Translations under genes and position numbers: made by a program
In this document: piece after piece, positions 24,436-39,119 of the stretch
Layout of the letters: each line of letters starts with the position of its first letter
How positions within the stretch are numbered: position 1 is the first letter of the stretch
Assembly: GCA_040285855.1 (NCBI GenBank)
Contig: JAUFOQ010000001.1
Coordinates: 2,604,001-2,668,000 of the forward strand
Direction of reading: 5' to 3'
Source: Eukaryota sp. GEM-RC1
Lineage: Eukaryota
DNA length: 64,000 nt
The notes under the pieces: generated by a model
Told to the model about the DNA's origin: nothing
The model's input: the letters and a program-made list of their open reading frames with translations, nothing else
Database searches by the model: none

Positions 24436-25894
24436 AGCAGATCATATTAGATCATACATGTGGACCTTACTTCTTTTGTCAGTATGATCATACCACCTCC
24501 ACAATCACATCACACGTTTTTCTGTGATCACGACCACAATTTGTGATCACAATACTGTGTATTTTCAAAAAGATCGTTTGTGATCTTTTACCTTCTCTTG
24601 TCAACTGTAAGTCAAATGATAACCTCCTTACGAATTTAGATGCTAATTCAGTATTACATGTCTGTCTTTGAGCTAGTCCACTCAACTACGCCTACTGATC
24701 ATCAGCAACAGAACACCACCATTGATGGAAATCAAAGATTTCAGAAACACTAAGTTAAGTGCCCACTGGTCAGTAAGATGTTGTTCAAACCCTACAAAAC
24801 TTGTAAAGAGATTAGTCACACACTTTGGGAAATTAGAGTTGTTGTAAAATTCAAATATGCGTTTCTTGAGTATAAAATGTAGGAAACAACAATCTAGCAC
24901 AAGACAGATGATGGTTGGTTATAGTCCATTGTCTGATTCGCATATCAACCTTAATACGTACACTGTTGTTGGTCTATTCAACTTGAGCTCTACATGTAGT
25001 TCATGTCTGACTCTTAGTCACCAGAAAAGATAGACTTTGATGTCAACGATGTATGTTCACGTACTATATTATGATCAAATGTTCATGATCAGTTACTGAT
25101 AATGCAGCGTCTAGTGATGTTGAATTTGAATTTGAAGGAAAAATAGAAGTGATAATTAATTTTTCGGCATTGTATCTGAATTAATACAAACATTACAATA
25201 ATTAATATAAACATACAACAGTTCTGAAGAAAATCGACCTAAGCGTCTTCAATTTTCAAGCCTCACTATTAAGATAAAAACCATAGGATTCAATTTGTTC
25301 AGAAATAAATAAACCCAAACAATGTGATTTTTAATTTTTAAATAAGAAGTTATAGTGATATACATGTACTTGATTTCAGAAAAAGATGCTTTCACTTTGA
25401 TTACAAGATGTACTACCAGATGTCAAGTAGAGAAATCAACTACTGAACCGTCAATACAACATCTCCTAATACTACTAGTCCAATACATAATGAGGTACTT
25501 GATTGGTTTACGTAATGTCTTGCTGGGACTGCAACTGGGTTCGTACTGACATGTATTGTTTGGATATATCCTTTTAGCTATATTGAGCTTTGTAATATAA
25601 TCAACTGTTTGGGTAAAAACTACCACTGTGAAAAAATTGGGGTTCTTCTCTACCACTATTCGTCAGCATTGATCTTCATTTACCGGTAAAAAACGTAATA
25701 AATATTTAAATTGACTAATTACACCACTGAATTTAATATAAATGAATTTATCTTTACAACATGCACCACATGTGTAATGCACCACATGTGAAATGCACCA
25801 CACATATTCAAACACAGACTGTCTCTGCATGATTTGAACACCATTCTGTCTTCGAAACGTAGACGTAAACTTCTTCCTTTAAACGGGAAACAAC

Positions 25895-26625
25895 CATAGT
25901 TTTCAATTAGTAATTCCCAGTAATCGTAATTCTAGGAATTCCTGATGATATTTTTGTAACGTCAGAATTACTGGAATTTCAGGAATTCCTAGAATTCCTG
26001 GATTTCTTTTGCTGCGGCGTGGTTTCGTTATGCCCACCTCCAAGAGACATCCCCCACAAGTGTCAACTGGCCTATGGCCTTTCTCACCTAGTACGTTTCT
26101 TCCACCATCAAAATCCGCTGTTATTGACATCACTGACTCAGGTGATGAAGAAATAAGTTCTCCGCATGTACCGCTATCTCAACCCATAACTTCTTCACGT
26201 ATCACTCCAACTGAATTGTCAGTGGCCTCGTCACCTACAAACCTATCTGCACACACTCTGAACAACTCGACGAGATCTCAAGGGTGGCAATCACACACTC
26301 CGTATCGCTCACTAGATCCAATTTGGAACTTTGTACTAGTCAACAATAAACGAGGCAGTACTATGGATCTACGTTGTATAAGTTGTAATCACTCAGTTAA
26401 AAATACCAACATCACCAAGCTCAGAAAATCTCATATATACTTAATAAATACGCATGTACGAATTGAAATTTTACGTACTAGTACCTCCAGTAATTGCAGG
26501 AATTCCAGTAATTGTAGGAATTACTGTAATTCCAGTAATTCCAGGAATTACTGTAGTAATCGTAATACATTGTACTAGGAATTCTAGGAATTCCTGAGAC
26601 ATGAAGCCAGTAATTGAAAAGTATG
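25895..26625 (+). mobile_element. Copy of the hAT/BED derivative at 9577-10264
   Basis: Same TIRs and TSD; extra AGTAATT-type subterminal repeats. Confidence 0.75.
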
Positions 26626-28214
26626 AAAACAACCCATCATCAATACTTTACATAATTCTTTTAATCGACTATCAACACATTTGTATAGCCCCTTCCCACA
26701 ACTCTCTTCGCACCAGTCTTCTCAAAGATGTCAGAAATAGGATATTAAAACCACTTGCTTTTTTATCACCAAACACAGACGTTGAGGTAAATGGATGGAC
26801 TCTTGTCCCTGATGGGTGGACTGAACCTTCGACAAATCTGTTAATTAACTGCATCATCGTTTCAGGTAGTGAAGCCATATTTTACAACTGCACCAACACA
26901 CAAGGAAAAAACAAAGATGGTGTTTCTATGAAGGCGATGCTGTCCTCAAACTAGCTGAAAACCCCAAAAGACTCAATGGAGCAAGGCTTTACCCTTTTCA
27001 AATCGTAATAACTTATCCCAATATCACTAAAGTTTAGATACTAAATCTCCTCACTGAAATCAAGACCTTTTACTTCACTGGTTTGCCCAAACCCTTTCAA
27101 ACTACTTCCGTCAACCCTGACTTTCTCAAAGCTGTCACTGCACTTGATAACCAAGAAGCTGTTCTTGACGCTGTACTTGAGTACAATCCTAACAATCGTT
27201 ACTGCCTAGTTAGATAGAAAGATGAAACAGCATCATGGGAACCTCATCATACCATATCCAAAACAGAGAGATTAAGGGCCTCACATAATTTAGATTAGTT
27301 ATATTATTCAGCAAAAATTTAATCCAATAATTATCGTAGTCTTGCTTGATCCATAGAGATCATTTTTGATTGAGAGTTAGCGCAACGAGAAAGACCAGTG
27401 AAATGGAAAGTAGAATCAAAGTTCTCATTCTTTGCCTTTTATAGCTACATAAACTATTTGTTAGCTCTACTAGCATCACAGACATTTCCCAGATTACTCT
27501 CTTGACTTAATGTTAGAAGAACAACTAGGAATTACAAAGAAAGACTTACAGCTGCCAACAATTTTTTGAAAATTGGAGAGATCAATCCTATGTTGATGAT
27601 TTATCATAAGATTGCAGTTGAATGAAGGTAGAAGAACAGTGTTTTTAAGATACTGAATATTTAAATGTTAATTCTAAATCTGAAATTAGACGAGTCCGAT
27701 GCCTACTCTCCAAGACCAAAACTTGGCACTGATCTCATTCTTTTCCAATACTTTGACTGTTAGAAATAAATAACCAAACTCTTTGGTACATTTAAATAAA
27801 TTAAATAATGTCTTTAATCTTTAAAGAACCAACAATGAAGAAAATTACTCTCAACATTAATAGATGAAATGATTAAAATGAAGTATTGAAATAGTGAATT
27901 CGACAACTCATTGGCAACTAATTTCATCAGTAGACTCACAATTCCACTCCAATTTAATTACAATATTATATGTTCAGAAACAACAATTTGCCGAATATGT
28001 GTGCAAAATCAAAATAAAGTTAATATGATTCAATTATAAATTAAATGATGCCATGCGTACCGTGGTTTTGCTCGGAATTTTGGACATAACACACATGGTG
28101 TCAACGATTTTGTAATCCTAATGACGAGGTAATGCAAGCTAAAATGGCCATAGAAACGATACATTTGTGGTGAGATGTCTGAATAACATCTTTGGAATTA
28201 TATCAACGATGAGT

Positions 28215-29420
28215 TTAGTTTAGTTGAGTTTCAAATCCTTGTTGATCAGTTAGACGAAAAGAGGTTTGAAGACAACAGAGAGCAGAACTGGATGAAGAAG
28301 GCGTGAAAAACGACAAGTAGGTTTGGAGAATCGGAACTGATTGAGACACCACTTGAGTTTCTGTGGTTGACTTTTTAAGTTGTTCAATTTCTTGTTGTAG
28401 TTTAGCAATTTCGTTAGACTTTGTAGTAGTTAAATTCTGGTTTTCTGTAGTTAAACCGGAGATTTGTGTGGATAAATCAGAAATTGTTGTGTTCAAATGA
28501 GAGTTTTCTGTTTTCAAATCATCATTTTCCGTTGTTAAATCAGTAGTAAGTGAGTTTAAGTCAGCATTATTGCTTTCTAAATCCGAACATTTAGTCGTTA
28601 ATTCAGAATTTTGAATGTTCAATTCAGAATTTTCTTCTTTCAAATCAGAATTTTCTTTCACTAACGAGTCAAAATAAAGATTCTTAACTCTTGTAAACAA
28701 AAACTTCATCAAATCGGCTTCCAATTCTTCAACATCTTTTAAAGGAACAAACAGAAACTTATCCCATTGTTGAAAAGAAAAGGCTTCAATTGAACAAGAA
28801 TTTAATACAGTTAAAAACTGATTCAAATCAAAACTTTGATTCAAAATTGATTCCACCATTGATTTAATGAACCACGACTGTGATTGAGTGGAAGTGCAGT
28901 ATTTTGAAAGTGTTTGTAACCCTTCAGTAGTGATTGCCATCACGTCATCAATCACAAGGTCGTCAATCTTAGAAAAGAAAGGACCAACGAATTCCAGAGC
29001 TCTCAAGTCATTTCTTTCATCGGCTTCTTTAATGAATGGTTTTAACCAAGCCCAGGTCACGAGATGAGTGTTGAGGTGGTTTTCCAGTTGTACGATCAGT
29101 TTGTCCACTTGGAAGTAGTGGACGAGATAGTAGAACTCGTAAGCATTGTTTTCATTGAGAGTGAAAGATCGTCCGAAGAAGGACTTGATGAAGGCAAGAA
29201 AGTTGTTGGAATGGACAGGGAGATGGGAGAAGTCGATTGGGTTTTCGTCTCTATCACCAAACTCCAAGAACCAAAGAGACCGAAAGTATGTAGAATGAGC
29301 AGCAAGGATGATTCTGTGTACTTCAATAGACTCTTCTCCAAATGTAATGGTTTGGTTGCAGAGGGCAGGTTCATCGAGGATGATGGAAAGAGTTTCTGTT
29401 GGAGGAAGGGAAAACGACAT
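28215..29420 (-). CDS. BTB + coiled-coil protein, family A copy 3, SPRY domain deleted with a novel read-through tail
   Basis: Matches paralogs up to VVSQSVP, then joins spacer DNA at a GGA microhomology (28333-28335). Confidence 0.8.
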   Translation of the reverse strand: MSFSLPPTETLSIILDEPALCNQTITFGEESIEVHRIILAAHSTYFRSLWFLEFGDRDENPIDFSHLPVHSNNFLAFIKSFFGRSFTLNENNAYEFYYLVHYFQVDKLIVQLENHLNTHLVTWAWLKPFIKEADERNDLRALEFVGPFFSKIDDLVIDDVMAITTEGLQTLSKYCTSTQSQSWFIKSMVESILNQSFDLNQFLTVLNSCSIEAFSFQQWDKFLFVPLKDVEELEADLMKFLFTRVKNLYFDSLVKENSDLKEENSELNIQNSELTTKCSDLESNNADLNSLTTDLTTENDDLKTENSHLNTTISDLSTQISGLTTENQNLTTTKSNEIAKLQQEIEQLKKSTTETQVVSQSVPILQTYLSFFTPSSSSSALCCLQTSFRLTDQQGFETQLN

Positions 29421-29842
29421 CAGAAGTACTCAAAGGAGACAAGAAATTGGTTCTTTTCGGATTTACAATGAATACAATACTGGTAGATATCATTTCTACA
29501 ACGTCGTCTAAATGACTAAGCATCGACTGAGTATAATCCCAAAGGGACACGCCCATATATGTTGCTTTTGACCTGGAAATGCAGAGAACATACAGTATTA
29601 TGAATGCAATTAAGGTGGCTTTTTATACCAATTATTTTCTTACAGCTTTATTTCACTTGAACAACTTATCTAAATGTGAGAATCTTATTATAATAGAATC
29701 TATTATAATAAGAATATCACATTACGTCTAAGCTCGGCTAAGGAAAAAAATCCAGCTTTTGCAAATTTTTTAATTGATTTAAAGGAGAGTTCTGATGTAG
29801 CATTAATTAATCAAATTCCACAAGTATATGGTTTATTATTAA

Positions 29843-30640
29843 ATGATCATCAATGGACCACTACAATAATAGTTCGTTGTTATTTATGGCCATATTATTT
29901 GCCTAATGATCTTCAAAGTAGCTGTGGAAAACAATTAACGTTTTCTCATTTGTTAGTTGTAATCGCTACATAACTTATCGAACGTGTATGCATGATGCTG
30001 TAAGAGATCAAATACATGGTATGTGTAAGTCTTACAAAATTTCATTTGTTGAACCACTTCTAAGATCATTAGAACCAAATACTAATTGTAATGTCGAAAA
30101 ACAGAACCAATTTTTTTTTGGTAAACGGAGAGCCTATATTGTTGTCCCTTCTTCTTCAGACAAATTGTTTGTTGTTGATGTAGTGTCAGTGGATGTTTGT
30201 AAAAAGACATCTTGAAAGAATGCTTACTCTGAAATTTCCCCTTTAGACATTTCTGAACAAGCAAAACAGGGTGAGTACAAGAAACCATTGATGGCTTTAA
30301 AACATGTTAAACATGTTGAATACGAATTATGCCCTTTGCTGTTTCCAATTTACGGACGTATAGGAAAAAGTGCATTGAATTTTTTTAAACGGTTTCGAAA
30401 AAATAGTGAAAAAATATGATTAACAAACGTTTTGATCATATGTCATGGTTGAATCGGATCGTTTTTACTGTTTTTAAAGCAATTCTCCTAATCATCTGCA
30501 AAGCTTTATTAGCAGTGAGTGCCTATTATGAAGACAAAGCTGTTGGAAGATTTGATAGCGACGGGTGTTGTTTAAATGATATCAAATTTTAGTTGTTTGT
30601 TTTATACCATTTTTAATAAATAATCTTTACTTGAAAAAAC
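29843..30640 (+). pseudogene. Copy of the RLE non-LTR retrotransposon 3' fragment
   Basis: Near-identical to 23640-24435. Confidence 0.65.
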
Positions 30641-32254
30641 AATAGTAGATCGTAATAGATCATATTAGATCATATTAGATCATACATGTGGACCATACTT
30701 CAATTGTCAGTATGATCACAACCACAACCACAATCACATCCCACGTGTTTCTGTAATCACTACCACATTTTGTGATCACAATACTGTGTATTTTCAAAAA
30801 TAAAGCACATGAATTGTACTTTCACTTTAAGATTCGATAACATTACTTCTTTCTATTGCAAACAGGATCAATTTCACTGTCCTGAGACCAATCTACATCG
30901 ATGTATGCCTCCATATTTGCTTCTTGAAATGAAACGAATCATCGTCATTATGTTATCCAAATGATCGTTTGTGATCTTTTACCTTCTCGGTGGCAACTGT
31001 AAGTCAAATGATAACCAGTTCCTTACGGTTGTAGATACTGATTCAGTATTACCTGTCTGTCTTTGAGCTATTCGACTCAACTACGCCTACTGATCATCAA
31101 CAACAGCATACCACCATTGATGGAAATCAAAGATTTCAGAAACACTATGTTAAGTGCCCACTGGTCGGTAAGATGTTGTTCAAACCCTTCAAAACTTGTA
31201 ACGAGATTAGTCACACACTTTGGGAAATTAGAGTTGTTGTAAAATTCAAATTTGCGTTTCTTGAGTATAAAATGTAGGAAACAACAATCTAGTACAAGAC
31301 AGATGATAATTGGTTATAGTCCATTTTCTGATTCGCATATCAACCTTAATACGTACACTGTTGTTGGTCTATTCAACTTGAGCTCTACATGTAGTTCATG
31401 TCTGACTCTTAGTCACCAGAAAAGATAGACTTTGATGTCAACGATGTATCTTCCCGTACTATAATATGATCAATTGTTCATGATCAGTTACTGATAATCC
31501 AGCGTCTAGTGATGTTGAATTTGAATTTGAAGGAAAAATAGAAGTGATAATTAATTTTTTGGCATTGTATCTGAATTAATATAAACATTATAGTACAACA
31601 GTTCTGAAGAAAATCGACCTAAGCGTCTTCAAGTTTCAAGCCTCACTATAAAGATACCAATCATAAGGTTCAATTTGTTCAGAAACAAATCATGAAGGAT
31701 TATCAAACCCAAACAGTGTTATTGTTGATTTTTCAATAATGTTATAGTGATATACATGTACTTGATTTCAGAAGAAGATGCTTTCATTTTGATTACAAGA
31801 TGTACTACCAGATGTCAAGTAGAGAAACCAACTACTGAACCGTCAACACAACATCTCCTAATACTACTTGTTCAATATATAATGAGGTACTTGATTGGTT
31901 TACATAATGTCTGGCTGGCACTGCAACTGGGTTTGTATTGACACGTATTGTTTGGATTTATCCTTTTAGCTATAATAGGCTTCTTAATATAACCAACTGT
32001 TTGAGTAAAAACTACCACTGTGAAAAAATTGGGGTTCTTCTCTACCACTATTCGTCAGCATTGATCTTCATTTTCTAGTAAAAAACATAATAAATATTTA
32101 AATTGACTAATTACACCACTGAATTTAATATAAATGAATTTATCTTTACAACATGCACCACACATAATCAAAGACATACTGTCTCTGCATGATTTCAACA
32201 CCACTCTGTCTTCGAAACGTAGACGTAAACTTCTTCCTTTAAACGGGAAACAAC

Positions 32255-32961
32255 CATAGTTTTCAATTACTAATTCCCAGTAATCGTAATTCTAGGAATT
32301 CCCGATGATATTTTTTGTAACGCCAGAATTACTGGAATTTCAGGAATTCCTAGAATTACCGGTTCTCTTTTGCTGGTGCTTGCTTTCGTTATGCCCACCT
32401 CCAAGAGACATCCCCCACAAGTGTCAACCGGCCTATGGTCATTCTCACCTAGTACATTTCTTCCACCATCAAAATCCACTTTTATTGACATCACTGACTC
32501 AGGTGATGAAGAAATAAGTTCTCCGCGTGTACCGCTACCTCAACCCATGACTTCTTCACGTATCACTCCAACTGAAATGTCAGTGGCCTCGTCACTTACA
32601 AACCTATCTGCACACACTCTGACCAACTCGACGAGATCTCAAGGGTGGCAATCACACACTCCGTATCGCTCACTAGATCCAATTTGGAACTTTGTACTAG
32701 TCAACAATAAACGAGACAATACTATGGATCTACGCTGTATAAGTTGTAATCACACAGTTAAAAATACCAACATCACCAAGCTCAGAAAATCTCATATATA
32801 CTTAATAAATACGCATGTACGAATTGAAATTTTACGTACTAGTACCTCCAGTAATTGCAGGAATTACTGTAATTCTAGGAATTCCAGGAATTACTGTAGT
32901 AATCGTAAGACTAGGAATTCTAGGAATTCCTGAGACATGAAGCCAGTAATTGAAAAGTATG
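32255..32961 (+). mobile_element. Third copy of the hAT/BED derivative
   Basis: Same TIRs and TSD as 9577-10264. Confidence 0.75.
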
Positions 32962-35900
32962 AAAACAACCCATCATCAATACTTTACATAATTCTTTTAA
33001 TCGACTATCAACCTATTTATATAGCTCCTTCCCACAACTCCCTTCGCAGCAGTCTTCTCAAAGATGTCAGAAATAGAATGCTAAAACCACTTGCTTTTTT
33101 ATCACCATACACAGACGTTGAGGTAAATGGATGGACTCTTGTCCCTGATGGGTGGACTGAACCTTCGACAAATCGGTTAATTAACTGCATCATCGTTTCA
33201 GGTAGTGAAGCCATGTTTTAAAACTGCACCAACACACAAGGAAAAAACAAAGATGGTGTTTCTATGAAGGCGATGCTGTCCTCAAACTAGCTGATAACCC
33301 CAAAAGACTCAATGGAGCAAGGCGTTGCCCTTTTCAAATCGTAATAACTTATCCCAATAGCACTAAAGTTCAGATACTAAACCTCCTCACTGAAATCAAG
33401 ACCTCTTGCTTCACTGGTTTGCCCAAACCCTTTCAAACTACTTCCGTCAACCCTGACTTTCTCAAAGCTGTCACTGCTCTTGATAACCAAGAAGCTGTTC
33501 TTGACGCTGCACTTGAGTACAATCCTAACAATCGTTACTGACTAGTTAGACGGAAAGATGAAACAACATCATAGGAACCTCATCATACCATATCCAAAAC
33601 AGAGAGATTACAGGGCTTCACATAATTTAAATTAGTTTTATTATTCAGCAAAAAATTTAATCCAATAATTATCGTGGTCTTGCTTGATCCATAGAGATCA
33701 CTTTTGATCGAGAGTTAGCGCAACAAAAAGACCAGTCAAATGGATAGTTGAATCGAAGTTCTCATTCTTTGCCTTTTATAGCTACATAAACTATTTGTTA
33801 GCTTTACTAGCATCACAGACATTTCCCAGATTACTCTCTTGACTTAATGTCGGTAGAACAACTAGGAATTACAACAGACAGACTGACAGCTGCCAACAAA
33901 TTTTTTGATAATTGGAGAGATCAATCCTATGTTGATGATTTATCATAAGATTGCAGTTGAATGAAGGTAGAAGAACAGTGTTTTAACGATACTGAATATT
34001 TAAATGTTAATTCTAAATCAGAAATTAGACGAGTCCGATGCCTACTCTCACCTGCCAGACCAAAACTTGGCACTGATCTCATTCTTTTCCAATACTTTGA
34101 CTGTTAGAAATAAATAACCAAACTCTTTGGTACATTTAAATAAATTAAATATTGTCTTTAAAGAACCAACAATGAAGAAAATTACTCTCAACATTAATAA
34201 ATTAAACGATTTAAATAAAATACTGAAATAGAGAATTCGACAACTCATTGGCAACTAATTTCATCAGTAGACTCACAATTCCACTCCAATTTAAATACAA
34301 TATTATATGTTCAGAAACAACAATTTGCCGAATCTGTGTGCAAAATCAAAATAAAGTTAATATGAATCAATTATAAATTAAATGATGACATGCGTACCGT
34401 GGTTTTGCTCGGAATTTTGGACATAACACACATGATGTCAAGGATTTTGTTATCCTAATGATGAGGTAATACAAGCTAAAATGGCCATAGAAACGATCCA
34501 TTTGTAGTGGTGAGATGTCTGAAGATCATCTTTGGAATTATATCAATGATGAGTTTAGTTGAGTTGAGTTTCAAATCCTTGTTGATCAGTCAGACGAAAA
34601 GAGGTTTGAAGACAACTGAGAGCAGAACTGGATAAAGAAGGCGTGGAAAACGACAAGGAGGTTTGGAGAATCGGATACGATTGTAACAATCAGGATACAC
34701 TGGAAAACGAAAAGAATGAACATTACAAAGATCAAGAAAAACTTTGGGAATGTCAGTAAAGAAGAGAAACAGAATGAAGAAAACCATCAAAAGAGCAACG
34801 TCTTCTCTACAAGTCCAAGTTTCAACTCAATCCCTCAAGTGATGTGACTAGCATTTTATAACGACCTCTGAGATGAAGCAGAACTTGTTTGAATGACAGA
34901 TACTTTTCTCTTTCCGTCCCACCATCCAACTGGCTCCAGATCATAGTTTGCTTTTCCTTCTTTAATGGAGTCTCTTAGCTCACGTATCACGTCATCACTT
35001 TGAACTCCGCTTTTGATAAGTCTTGTTGTAATTCTCTTTGTTGAACAATGTAGTCTTGACTTTCTCCCCCTTCCTTCCTGCAACCACGTCTTTAATGATC
35101 TTGTACCTAGGGTTGAATTGTCTTCTTAAAGTATAGCCTTCACTGATGATCATTGTGACCATACTCTTCAGTATTTGATAGCTTTCTTATGCCACGTGGC
35201 ATCTTCTTCATACTAACTACACTACTGTCACCCCTTCTACTCTTGAGAATGACTTACTCTCTATTCTTTGAAGATTATTTTTGAGTGGCTTCGATGTTTT
35301 TGATCTAATACAATCGTATAAGTCGTTTTCAATCAATCTTATTGATTTCTCTCGTCTCATCTTTTGTTGATCATCCCCTCAATGATATTGCCGTGGTATT
35401 TGTTTTTCCCGGGTCTAGGTTTCAAGAAGGGATTGGTATTACTTAGGACTTACTTGAAGATTAACTACAAAGAAGATCTAATGTATCAGTGATCTGTGAA
35501 CGCTAACACGTAACACGGCCTGACACGTGTTAGGAATTTTCACTGATTTCTAACATGTAAATATCGGTTATCATTTTCGGTCTAAAGATGTGAAAATATC
35601 TTTTGTTGCTAAAAGAATGAATCACAACGTTTTAGAAGTGTCCTACAGGTATCGTACGGATGAATGTGTAGAAGAAATGAGCTATTTATCGCTGAACCAG
35701 AAACCAGGAAGAATTCTTGTATCGCAAACACGTAACACGCGGTTTAACACGTGTTAGATTCGTTGTTTGAACGTGTTAGCGTTCACTTTCCATCTATCAA
35801 AAGTATCGAGATTGAACTTATCTTATGTTCTTTCTTTGATCATCTTCTGTTCTTTAATACCGGATTGGTGTTGTTGTGTCACTATCTTTTCGCTGTTATT

Positions 35901-37414
35901 TGTGTATTTTTGTAGTTTAAATTTCTTTTTTATCACCGAAAACACGATAATGAAAGTAAGTTTCATTATTGAATATTTATAATTAAAAATGAAAACAGAT
36001 AAGAAATTATTCAAATAAGTACATCATCACCTGTGTTTTGCTTTTATTGTGAATAAAAGCCACATCCACATTTTCATCATCCACACTCATATCCACAGCG
36101 ATGCTACACTCTGGTACTTCTTGTTCTTTCAGAGTTCTGTGACTCCCCAAACTGAAGGCTAGTCACATTTGCTGACGACATACACCCAATACACATGTCA
36201 AGTTACAATGTCTCCTTGTAGACATTGTTAGTCATACGTCTTTGATTCTCCTTTTGTATACTAAACAACTAGTGTATCTTCTGCAATTTATTTTGATTAA
36301 AGTTGATAATTTCTACGTTTCAGTGATGTACTGCCCTTTTGCCTAATTTTCTTGTAGGCTCTGGCAGTTTGATCTGTTGTTTTTGCTTCCGTACCAAAAT
36401 TTCTCTTCTCAGCCAAGCAATCACTGTGCATCTTCGTTGGCTATTTGTTCCGTTATTGAATACATCAAGACGTCTTAATTCCAGTCAACCAGACCTACGC
36501 GTACTCTTTAATGTTTTGTCAATCCACTGCTTTGCACTTCTGGCCAAACTTGTCGGAAACCCATTCCCTCTTTTCTTCTGATTTGTCTTTGCTGAATTAT
36601 CGTACAACATTCTACTGGTGTGAGATAGAAAGTGCTTGTAAATGAATCGTAAGAAATAACGGACCAGTGTTCACGGAATCAATAAGAAAGACATTCCAGA
36701 CTTAAATGCAAGATGTAGGATGTCAAACGGTGTGAATTATCCAAAAATAAAGTTCGATGTGGATTGGGTGCGGATAAGTGAGATTATCCATTTGAAATGA
36801 AAAGGACCGACACTAGAGTTGAATTTGCTAAAAAAAGAAGTTCCTGTCAGAATTAAGGCAGACAGTGGCTTGAACCAATACAAACATCCAAGTACCGTAC
36901 ATTTTCGTCACCACTAAATGACAATGTTTTTTTGTTGTCAATATTAATTTTGAAATGACTTTCATCAAGTACCAATACACCTCCTGAACGATTCATTTCT
37001 CTTGATGGATGTGTTGTCAGCAACAAAAATGCAGTAATGTTCGGATAATTAGTGTTTGTGGTTCTCCATGAATGTCATTGGTTATTAAGCTTACGGGTGG
37101 ACCTGACATTAAAGTTGATGGTCCCTGTATTATCTTCCAGAACGCATCTGAAAGTTGTCTAATTCAAAACTTTTCTGACAATGATCCTCAAAAAGTGTAT
37201 CGTACTGAAAAGAATGGTTCCATCAATGTAAGGATTTTTCCCGAATACTTTGAAGAATTATGAGTCAACCAAATGCCAAGCAGAGATCGACAGCATCTGT
37301 TCGTCTTTGACAACGTCAGACTAGCCACAAACTGACCCTCTAGTAAGGCAAAACAAGTTGTTGAAGAAGTTAACAGCAAAAGAAATGAAAATGGTATTTC
37401 CTTTGCTCGTGTAG

Positions 37415-37936
37415 CTATGATGCGATGTGGTCTGAAATTGGTTGATGAAAGACAATGGTTAGTTTGACAATTAAATTTCTATTCAAATTGGGATCAGAAA
37501 AATAATGAGCTAAAACATTCTTCGTCATAAATGCCTTCTTTGCCGTTGGGTGAAACACATGTATCATATCATTGATTCCACGAATTGTGCCGCGTTTTTG
37601 AGTCGCTTTGAAGATAATGAGTGTTGGAGCAATTTTGCCTCTCAAGCCACCAGTTAAACGAACAACCATAGTGAAACCAGCAGTACCAGAAACAACATCT
37701 AAGTACTTGATCTTTTTACTTCCCTTGACAGCACGAGTGTTGCCTGTTTCAGCGTTTAAAATAAAATGTATTTCGTCGAAATTTTCAATAAGACAGTCAT
37801 AAATTTCCTCTTGCTCAAACATCATTTTCAATTTGCCCCAAAACGTGGCCACGTTTTGTTCAATTTCTTCAGTTTTCTCATCGGTTAAGGCCAGTTTTCC
37901 TGTTTGCTTTCTGATTACAATGTTGTTTTTCACCAC
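37415..37936 (-). pseudogene. Copy of the Tc1/pogo-like DDE transposase fragment
   Basis: Paralogous to 17233-17754. Confidence 0.7.
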
Positions 37937-38526
37937 AAAATTTTGGATCCAGGCATCATTGAGCTTTATATATGTAGTTGATTAATTTGATTTGTCACAA
38001 AAGAATCTATTTGGTGCATTGTTCCTTACAGATCGTTTTGAGACGAAAATTGGAATCTTTTAAAACTGAAGAATTTTCTTCAATCCTCCAATTTTAAATG
38101 ATGCCAGATAAGTGACTTGATTGGCAACATTGTGAGCATATTTCTGCTCTTCAGGAAGGACACTTTGATTAACGTAATCAATTGTTTTGAGAAATACTGG
38201 AAGTTGACTTCTCTAGAAACGACATTTTTACATTATAAAGCTTTTCAGTTGGGTATTTGACGGATTCCTTTAGTTCTTACAATTACCTATACAAATAGTG
38301 TTTTCTGAAATGGAGTACACTTTAATGTCCTGTTGATGATCCTAGTAACACACACCATGCTAATTAGGCATGTATTGATTGTGATGTGATATTGCATTAG
38401 CTATATAATTATCACGGCATCTTACAATAGTGTGATATATCTGAACAATCGAATTGAATTGGTCTAGAGCGAAGTTGCGTACAACAGTCAACACTGTTAT
38501 TTGATAGTTCCTCTGTGTCAATGTTA

Positions 38527-39119
38527 TCGTAGGTGTCCCAATACAAGCAACTTTATATCTTATACAAGCAAACACATTTTTTTGCTTGTATTGGGACCCT
38601 ATTATACGATGAAGCGACGACACCTTTGATTTCGATATATTTCTGGATCACATACTCTATTTCGTAATGCTACTTTTACACTGTATTATAAATAGAACAA
38701 AAATTTATAACAATACATTATGACACATGCTTTAATAACAGTATTTTAATTTGTTCTACAAGTACACAATATTTGTCTTATTGGAGCAAAGTTCTAATGA
38801 CAGGGATTCTATTGCCTAATGTTCCATAATTTGTTTTTTAATACGACATTTTGTGCTTCTGATTGTATAAATACCAAAAATACAATAACTCCATGGAGTT
38901 CTTCGGGCAAAAATCTGCAACAACATTTAGGCACCCAATTGGACACTATGAAGGTCGTCCATAGCTCCATACGTCGTAATTCACTTTAATAAACTTTGTA
39001 TTGAAGTATAACTCGCTCAACATCCAGAATGCAATAGAATAATACAAGCAAACACGTTTACTTGCTTGTATTGGGGCCTTGCTTGTATTGGAACCTTGCT
39101 TGTATTGGGACACCTACGA
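38527..39119. mobile_element. TA-targeting MITE
   Basis: Perfect 24-bp TIR TCGTAGGTGTCCCAATACAAGCAA; TA TSD; TTGCTTGTATTGG subterminal repeats; empty site at ~18311-18330. Confidence 0.9.
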
